Positions 60,801-64,000 of a DNA stretch of 64,000 bases are shown here, one piece after another. Numbering within the stretch: position 1 is the stretch's first letter; each line of letters opens with the position of its first letter. Both the position numbers and the translations under genes were made by a program. The stretch is from Callorhinchus milii (Eukaryota), in assembly GCF_018977255.1 (NCBI RefSeq), contig NW_024704743.1, forward strand, positions 54,004,001 to 54,068,000, written 5' to 3'. The notes under the pieces were generated by a model, which did no database searches, was not told the DNA's origin, and saw nothing but the letters and a program-made list of their open reading frames with translations.

Positions 60801-62943
60801 GTTTACATACCTGTTTTTTGTTGTAATCTTTCAAGGCTGTTTCATAGCCTTCCTCGAGCCTCTCAAATGCAATTCCCACATCTGTCGTCCAATATATCTG
60901 GGAGCTGGTAAGTGCCACCTGAGCCGGATAGTCAAAAATCCACTGATCTCTTGGTTTTTCCTCATAAGCTGCTACAGCCTCTGTAATCTGGTGACGAACC
61001 GTTCCACGCATGGTCTCCTCAATTCGATTTAACCATGCTTCCACCTACATAGGACAGAGCAAGACAAGTTATATATCACCCGTAAGTTTTAGGCTGTACA
61101 GCCTGAAAACCATTACACTGGTCTACAAGTCACACCCCCAGTTCACAAGACAGGAAAAACAGAATCTCACATTTTATAGACAGTAGAAATAATTTTGATA
61201 AAAAAAATTTTTTCAATCTTCCTTTGCTAAATATAAAACACCCAATGATTGAGGTTTGCCCAGTAGGTAAGTCACTAGAGAGGCTCAGATCAAGAAGGCC
61301 CTTTGGCCCATTTGATCAACCTGTTTCCTATATAATTTTAGAGTCCTGATTTTTACTCTCCAAGTAATGCATTTCAGCGCTTTGCGACATCCTCCCGCCG
61401 TGAAAGGCCCTCTACAAATTTAATTTTGTTGTTGTTGTTCAAGCTGATATTATACAAGGCAATGTCCCACAAACAGCCATGAAGTGAATGACCAGTTTCA
61501 TTTGGGGAATTATTGGCCAGGAAGCCATGAGAAACCCCCTTCACTAAACACGGACTTAGCCTGGGAGGAATTAACTCAAGATTGTTGAGTGTCAACAACA
61601 CTGAAGTTCCACAGTTGGGGAGGTCAACAACTGAGTAGAGGATGAAAAAAAATACCTTCCTGTGAAACATAATTGCTGTGAGTGTTTATATAAAGAACAT
61701 ATAATGGGAAGCATGGAATTTAACCTGCTGGCCTGAAAATAACCTTTCCTTTTCAGTGTGATACAGCTTACATGAGATGTACCTGTCCAATGCATTTGCA
61801 CTTTCTGTGGAATGGGACAAATTCTCTCTCTTTACTGAACATCCCTATGGCAGCCTTATTTATTTGCTTCTCAACACCTTCTTCAAACTTTAAATCGGCC
61901 ATGTTGTCAAAGAGCTTGGCAAGATGATGAGTCACCTGAAACACAACATTTCCACATGGTTTTCATCAAGAAGTAAAAGGACAATCGTAATGCATTTCAC
62001 TGTGTCAACATGGTTAGGGAGAAGTCCTGAAAGGAGCAAATGCTATCAAGCTGTAATTTGTTCCTAATTGACTCAGAAATAGTACAGACTTAATGCAAAT
62101 ATAGCAAATTGTATTAATAAGTGTTTTATTCACCCTAACCTACTGCATGAATAGCCTCATAGTAAAACTGCTATAAAGAAAACTCAGCTTGATCAACCTA
62201 ACAAACAAAAGCAACAACGAAGTTAACATTTTAAAAAGCAGTTAACTTTTGAAATAAAGACTTAAAACAGCAAGAAATCCACTTTCACATATTCCTGCAG
62301 TTTTATATCCAGAGTGAATGTTTTTTTGCTGAAAAAGGAACCTGGCTATGTTAAATCTATCCAGTTACTAACAGAACATTACAATGTATGAAATCAGTGG
62401 TTGAATTCTATGATTAGCGTGGCAGTTAGCTCCTGAGACGAATGGCCAAAAGGGATAATAACACCTTCCGAGAATCTCTCATCACCACCAGGTTTGATGT
62501 AATTTAATCTAATCCAGAAAAAAATTAACTAGCACTTTAATAACGTCAATATTCTTGGATAACACCTTCAACAATAGTTTACTGGCAGCAATCCTGATCC
62601 TACGCAATGAGCCCTCACTTTAACAGTAATTGTATGATTTACTTCAACCTTTTTTGTGTGTGTGTGTGTGTGTGTGTGTGATAGGGGGGGGAGGAAGGAA
62701 GTGAAGTGCCAAGGTTTTGTCTATGAAGAAGTTATATGCTAAACTCTACTTAAGCTCCAATTTTAGGTTTTTGTTAACATTCAATAATTAACATTTCACC
62801 GTTCTTAAGCCCTGACCTGTTCAGGCTGTGTTCCTTTGGAAAGAATATCCAATAGATCTGCAGAAGACACAAAATAAAACCTTGGGAAGGCTAAACGCTT
62901 TGTTTCCAGATATTCAGCCAAAGCTTTTTCGCATAGAGCCAGC
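3710..62943 (-). CDS. DNAH11: Axonemal dynein heavy chain, DNAH11-like (partial gene: 28 internal exons, linker to AAA4; 5' and 3' ends outside window)
   Basis: Exon translations contain the dynein P-loops GPAGTGKT (AAA1), GNAGTGKS (AAA2), GNAGVGKT (AAA3) and GVGGSGKQ (AAA4), plus WGCFDEFNR. Residues such as MREQAN, GDKNRPE and SGPALVQA favour DNAH11 over DNAH9/DNAH17 (from recalled family sequences, not a search). Splice phases chain across all exons. Confidence 0.88.
6516..6658 (-). CDS. DNAH11: DNAH11-like exon (143 nt) [10 protein letters not shown]...[11 protein letters not shown]
   Basis: cag|GT ... AAG|gtaaat. Confidence 0.95.
8961..9084 (-). CDS. DNAH11: DNAH11-like exon (124 nt) [42 protein letters not shown]
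   Basis: tag|GTT ... G|gtgaag. Confidence 0.95.
9604..12070 (+). mobile_element. CR1-clade LINE, 5'-truncated, ORF2 (end of APE endonuclease plus RT) broken by stops and frameshifts
   Basis: Fragments [72 protein letters not shown] and [14 protein letters not shown]; (TATGT)n tail at 12055-12070. Confidence 0.95.
12290..12534 (+). repeat. Copy of the dispersed 'gcatgtgtcagacacctggctgacc(A)n' repeat; others at about 37175-37265(+), 42712-42905(-), 49385-49672(-), 50765-51050(+) and 60300-60480(+)
   Basis: Shared blocks ctggggtccccaagcctt, cagggagagagtgc.cattcc and cttaagcatggtgatgggtt; common A-rich 3' end, variable 5' ends. Confidence 0.8.
13105..13267 (-). CDS. DNAH11: DNAH11-like exon (163 nt), AAA4 Walker [33 protein letters not shown]...IQDLK
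   Basis: aag|G ... AAG|gtaaat; not in the ORF track. Confidence 0.96.
13349..13418. repeat. Near-perfect inverted repeat (30-bp arms, 1 mismatch, 10-nt loop)
   Basis: TTCAATGCATAGTTTTCATGCAAAGGAACA / TGTTCCTTTGCATTAAAACTATGCATTGAA. Confidence 0.95.
13918..14775 (-). mobile_element. L2 (LINE2) clade element, 5'-truncated
   Basis: ORF 14400..14654 ([11 protein letters not shown]...HLRNIARLR...[11 protein letters not shown]) and [12 protein letters not shown] are typical of the L2 RT C-terminus; (TTG)n tail. Confidence 0.92.
15291..15667 (-). mobile_element. Longer variant of SINE family A (about 55 nt extra internal segment); second copy at about 47474-47755 (+)
   Basis: Same head, core and tail plus the insert cctgtttacctagcagtaaataggaacccggctg...ttccggggg. 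Confidence 0.8.
16823..17016 (-). CDS. DNAH11: DNAH11-like exon (194 nt) [17 protein letters not shown]...[13 protein letters not shown]
   Basis: cag|GGT ... GT|gtaagt. Confidence 0.95.
18078..18239 (-). CDS. DNAH11: DNAH11-like exon (162 nt) GILFALPDC...[15 protein letters not shown]...KFFD
   Basis: tag|GGA ... GAT|gtaagc. Confidence 0.95.
19238..22730 (-). mobile_element. CR1-clade LINE, near full length: ORF1 (about 22631-21686; Cys zinc knuckle plus SGNH esterase) and ORF2 (APE plus RT) with an internal deletion of about 0.6 kb; degenerate
   Basis: ORF1 pieces CEEC...[19 protein letters not shown] and [11 protein letters not shown]2 pieces [15 protein letters not shown] and [11 protein letters not shown]; near-identical to 9604-12070 in reverse complement; (ACATA)n tail at 19238. 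The 5' boundary is approximate. Confidence 0.93.
22765..23007 (-). CDS. DNAH11: DNAH11-like exon (243 nt) [11 protein letters not shown]...[15 protein letters not shown]
   Basis: cag|AGA ... CAG|gtgagt; HYIFNLRD motif. Confidence 0.96.
23685..25110 (-). mobile_element. Degraded RTE/RTEX-like non-LTR element (RT remnant plus putative 3' UTR), interrupted by an L2 tail at about 23870-24000
   Basis: Minus-strand 24958-24842 translates [35 protein letters not shown] (non-LTR RT N-terminal motif); the 3' part recurs at six other sites. Confidence 0.6.
25674..25776 (-). CDS. DNAH11: DNAH11-like exon (103 nt) [34 protein letters not shown]
   Basis: cag|G ... CAG|gtaaca. Confidence 0.96.
26169..26334 (-). 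CDS. DNAH11: DNAH11-like exon (166 nt) [32 protein letters not shown]...RQHIDYKHW
   Basis: cag|GA ... TG|gtgagt; AAA3 Walker B FIDDMNMP; not in the ORF track. Confidence 0.96.
27096..27300 (-). CDS. DNAH11: DNAH11-like exon (205 nt), AAA3 Walker A GNAGVGKT
   Basis: tag|GCC ... A|gtatgc. Confidence 0.96.
27937..28110 (-). CDS. DNAH11: DNAH11-like exon (174 nt) [12 protein letters not shown]...EPDTPLQ
   Basis: aag|TTG ... CAG|gtaagc; GTVFDYY motif. Confidence 0.95.
28862..30212. repeat. Diverged direct repeat pair of about 325 bp (28862-29186 and 29888-30212) flanking one exon
   Basis: Collinear blocks gatggatctccaa, aactattattaaac, tagcaatagatattgacaaatta, aaattacctttgaaggttact and aaaggttgtatgtaaaat. 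Confidence 0.9.
29378..29509 (-). CDS. DNAH11: DNAH11-like exon (132 nt) [10 protein letters not shown]...[15 protein letters not shown]
   Basis: cag|ACT ... CAG|gtaatt. Confidence 0.95.
31151..31301 (-). CDS. DNAH11: DNAH11-like exon (151 nt) YVTSWIDTR...PENSMVQ
   Basis: tag|T ... CAG|gtaaac. Confidence 0.94.
31355..31960 (-). mobile_element. Older degraded L2 fragment
   Basis: ORF 31451..31666 [19 protein letters not shown]2-type tail. Confidence 0.7.
32092..32240 (-). CDS. DNAH11: DNAH11-like exon (149 nt) [10 protein letters not shown]...[23 protein letters not shown]
   Basis: cag|GTC ... CC|gtgagt. Confidence 0.96.
32676..32803 (-). CDS. DNAH11: DNAH11-like exon (128 nt) [42 protein letters not shown]
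   Basis: cag|GT ... AAG|gtaggc. Confidence 0.96.
33386..33702 (+). mobile_element. SINE family A copy
   Basis: Near-identical to 40759-41078. Confidence 0.92.
34750..34882 (-). CDS. DNAH11: DNAH11-like exon (133 nt) [47 protein letters not shown] donor
   Basis: cag|ATC ... GATG|gcaagt; NPKA and EWKDG motifs; the GC donor gives the phase 1 required by the next exon. Confidence 0.92.
35473..35572. repeat. (AT)n microsatellite with TAAATTTA interruptions
   Basis: About 100 nt of pure A/T, largely self-complementary. Confidence 0.95.
36199..36519 (-). mobile_element. SINE family A copy
   Basis: Near-identical reverse complement of 40759-41078. Confidence 0.92.
37506..38102 (+). mobile_element. 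L2 3' fragment nested in an older minus-strand SINE
   Basis: [13 protein letters not shown]...[14 protein letters not shown] coding sequence, 3' stem-loop and (TTG)n tail; contains an internal tandem duplication of about 45 bp at 37910-38002. Confidence 0.88.
38200..39301 (+). mobile_element. Probable solo LTR (about 1.1 kb)
   Basis: TGT...ACA ends, flanks TAAC/TAAG (near 4-bp TSD), TATAAAA at 38771, AATAAA at 39239, no homology to the other repeats in the window. Confidence 0.5.
40759..41078 (+). mobile_element. Young tRNA(Ala-like)-derived SINE with Deu-like core and L2-type tail (family A)
   Basis: A-box TAGCTCAGTGG, anticodon-like arm with a TTTGCAA loop, B-box AGTTCAATTCC, core gtgggacattgctgtgcgcaattggctgccgcgtt, (TTA)n tail. 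Confidence 0.92.
41516..41593 (-). CDS. DNAH11: DNAH11-like exon (78 nt), AAA2 Walker [27 protein letters not shown]
   Basis: cag|GTG ... CAG|gtaggc. Confidence 0.96.
42396..42590 (-). CDS. DNAH11: DNAH11-like exon (195 nt) [15 protein letters not shown]...ESFILK
   Basis: aag|GTC ... AAG|gtatga. Confidence 0.96.
42971..43063 (-). CDS. DNAH11: DNAH11-like exon (93 nt) [31 protein letters not shown]
   Basis: aag|GAA ... CAG|gtacca; HYDWGLR motif. Confidence 0.96.
43229..43534 (-). mobile_element. SINE family A copy with a deletion of about 15 nt in the tRNA head
   Basis: Reverse complement of family A; gaactca^agcgagt junction at about 43500. Confidence 0.9.
43745..44210 (-). mobile_element. 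Older degraded L2 fragment
   Basis: ORF 43743..44033 begins [13 protein letters not shown], homologous to the L2 AYFHLRNIA motif. Confidence 0.65.
44677..45120 (+). mobile_element. Older tRNA-derived Deu-domain SINE (SacSINE1-like, family B); other copies at about 1141-1850(-), 13455-13833(-), 15893-16200(+), 28620-28845(+), 47766-48210(+), 53091-53512(+) and 58722-59085(+)
   Basis: Head tggctcagttggtagcactctcgcctctgagtcagaaggttgtgggttcaagccc; body ...gatgagacattaaac...taaagatcccatggcac...; same core and tail as family A. The family name is from recalled DeuSINE consensus. Confidence 0.8.
45201..45338 (-). CDS. DNAH11: DNAH11-like exon [30 protein letters not shown][-1][16 protein letters not shown] (138 nt as given; 139 needed for frame)
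   Basis: tag|G ... CAG|gtatct; both halves are dynein-like but lie in different frames across AGAAATTC. Confidence 0.9.
46254..46370 (-). CDS. DNAH11: DNAH11-like exon (117 nt) [39 protein letters not shown]
   Basis: cag|A ... AG|gtaagt; [10 protein letters not shown] sensor motif. Confidence 0.97.
46660..46982 (+). mobile_element. SINE family A copy inserted in an L2 3' tail
   Basis: Near-identical to 40759-41078; the L2 tail continues on both sides. Confidence 0.92.
47030..47175 (-). CDS. DNAH11: DNAH11-like exon (146 nt), AAA1 Walker [10 protein letters not shown]
   Basis: cag|TCA ... AG|gtgagc; follows a 79-nt intron. Confidence 0.97.
47255..47411 (-). CDS. DNAH11: DNAH11-like exon (157 nt), AAA1 Walker A GPAGTGKT
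   Basis: tag|A ... AAG|gtaggt; [33 protein letters not shown]...[10 protein letters not shown]. Confidence 0.97.
50525..50685 (-). CDS. DNAH11: DNAH11-like exon (161 nt) [14 protein letters not shown]...[18 protein letters not shown]
   Basis: cag|GTT ... AG|gtacgc; conserved [10 protein letters not shown] at the start of AAA1. Confidence 0.96.
51111..51242 (-). CDS. DNAH11: DNAH11-like exon (132 nt) [46 protein letters not shown] donor
   Basis: tag|ATT ... AAG|gcatgt; conserved [10 protein letters not shown] motif; only the GC donor keeps frame. Confidence 0.92.
55245..55832 (+). mobile_element. L2 3' fragment
   Basis: Homologous to 13918-14775 ([21 protein letters not shown]). Confidence 0.85.
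56455..56815 (+). mobile_element. CR1 3' fragment of a different subfamily; similar remnants at about 2500-2625, 5575-5885, 18370-18890, 25140-25297, 27600-27840, 35575-36030, 52340-52565 and 54838-55010
   Basis: [15 protein letters not shown]...TRRHRIK...IWNALP coding remnant and a CR1 3' UTR (aaatggccttcttctgtgctg...ttctatgatt). Confidence 0.8.
58404..58719 (-). mobile_element. SINE family A copy, more diverged; further partial copies at about 1384-1636, 4503-4745, 59915-60150 and 60563-60772
   Basis: Same head, core and tail. Confidence 0.88.
60811..61044 (-). CDS. DNAH11: DNAH11-like exon (234 nt) [13 protein letters not shown]...YNKKQ
   Basis: tag|GTG ... CAG|gtatgt; N-terminal part of ORF 60628..61044. 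Confidence 0.95.
61783..61935 (-). CDS. DNAH11: DNAH11-like exon (153 nt) [17 protein letters not shown]...CKCIGQ
   Basis: cag|GTG ... CAG|gtacat; phase 0-0. Confidence 0.93.
62656..62680. repeat. (GT)n microsatellite
   Basis: Seen directly. Confidence 0.9.
62817..62943 (-). CDS. DNAH11: DNAH11-like exon (127 nt) [42 protein letters not shown]
   Basis: tag|G acceptor and CAG|gtcagg donor; conserved FPRFYF dynein linker motif; not in the ORF track. Confidence 0.95.
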
Positions 62944-63124
62944 CTACAACAAGAGGATACGTAAATTCTTAAAATGAACATCCAACATCAAATATTTGCT
63001 GGTCTGACATTAATATCTAACCAAACATTTAACGGTGTGAGAACCTATCCTACATGAAGGGCAATATATAAATACAGGCTGTTGCTTTAAAGTGAAAAAA
63101 TAATATGATTTCATTAATACATTC

Positions 63125-64000
63125 AGCAAACCACCCAGCAAACCACCCCCAGCAAACCACCACCACCCCCAGCAAACCACCACCACCCCCAGCAAACCAC
63201 CACCACCCCCAGCAAACCCACCACCACCCCCAGCAAACCACCACCACCCCCAGCAAACCACCACCACCCCCAGCAAACCACCACCACCACCCCCAGCAAA
63301 CCACCACCACCCCCAGCAAACCACCACCACCCCCAGCAAACCACCACCACCCCCAGCAAACCACCACCACCCCCAGCAAACCACCACCCCCAGCAAACCA
63401 CCACCACCTCCAGCAAACCACCCAGCAAACCACCACCACCCCAGCACAACCCAGCAAACCACCACCACCCCCAGCAAACCACCACCACCCCCAGCAAACC
63501 ACCACCACCCCCAGCAAACCACCACCACCACCAGCAAACCACCACCACCACCCCAGCAAACCACCACCACCCCCAGCAAACCACCACCACCCCCAGCAAA
63601 CCACCACCACCTCCAGCAAACCACCCAGCAAACCACCACCACCCCAGCACAACCCAGCAAACCACCACCACCCCCAGCAAACCACCACCAGCACCCAGCA
63701 AACCACCACCACCCCCAGCACAGCCCAGCAAACCACCACCACCCCCAGCAAACCACTACCACCCCCAGCAAACCACCACCAACCCCAGCACAACCACCAC
63801 CACCCCCAGCAAACCACCACCCCCCCAGCAAACCACTACCACCCCCAGCACCACCCAGCAAAGCACCACCACCCCCAGCAAACCACCACCACCCCCAGCA
63901 CCACCCAGCAAACCACCACCACCCCCAGCAAACCACCACCAGCACCCAGCAAACCACTACCACCCCCAGCAAAGCACCACCACCCCCAGCACCACCCAGC
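63125..64000. repeat. C/A-rich minisatellite, unit about 21 nt (CCCCCAGCAAACCACCACCAC), running off the window end
   Basis: Tandem array visible directly, with variant units. Confidence 0.97.

Noticed and set aside
63010..63972. Long ORFs of 320, 256 and 202 aa (G/V/W-rich)
   Set aside because: Translations of the stop-free 21-bp minisatellite in all three frames; not genes
63125..64000. CRISPR-like or telomeric array
   Set aside because: No unique spacers, no cas genes, eukaryotic intron context, and the unit is not TTAGGG
1..64000. A novel multi-gene or prokaryote-type system
   Set aside because: All credible coding signal is explained by one dynein gene and decayed retroelements; no nested gene or foreign segment was supportable

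Overview
Eukaryotic (vertebrate) genomic DNA, most likely a cartilaginous fish judging by its CR1/L2/Deu-domain SINE repertoire (inference, no database search run). The whole window lies inside one minus-strand gene, an axonemal outer-arm dynein heavy chain most similar to DNAH11. I traced 28 consecutive internal coding exons (62943 down to 3710) by hand; they run from the linker through AAA1-AAA4, and both ends of the gene lie outside the window. The splice phases chain correctly only if two GC-AG introns are accepted and one exon (45201-45338) lacks a base in an A-run, which is probably a sequencing error. The introns are packed with retroposons: two near-identical CR1 LINEs in inverted orientation, L2 fragments, two tRNA-derived SINE families sharing the L2 3' tail, an RTE-like family, a probable solo LTR, and a 21-bp minisatellite at the right edge. 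I found no convincing novel multi-gene system. The best leads concern RNA structure and splicing: inverted repeats bracketing in-frame exon blocks (circRNA candidates), a 70-nt near-perfect intronic hairpin, a duplicated splice acceptor, and a stop codon shared by both CR1 copies.
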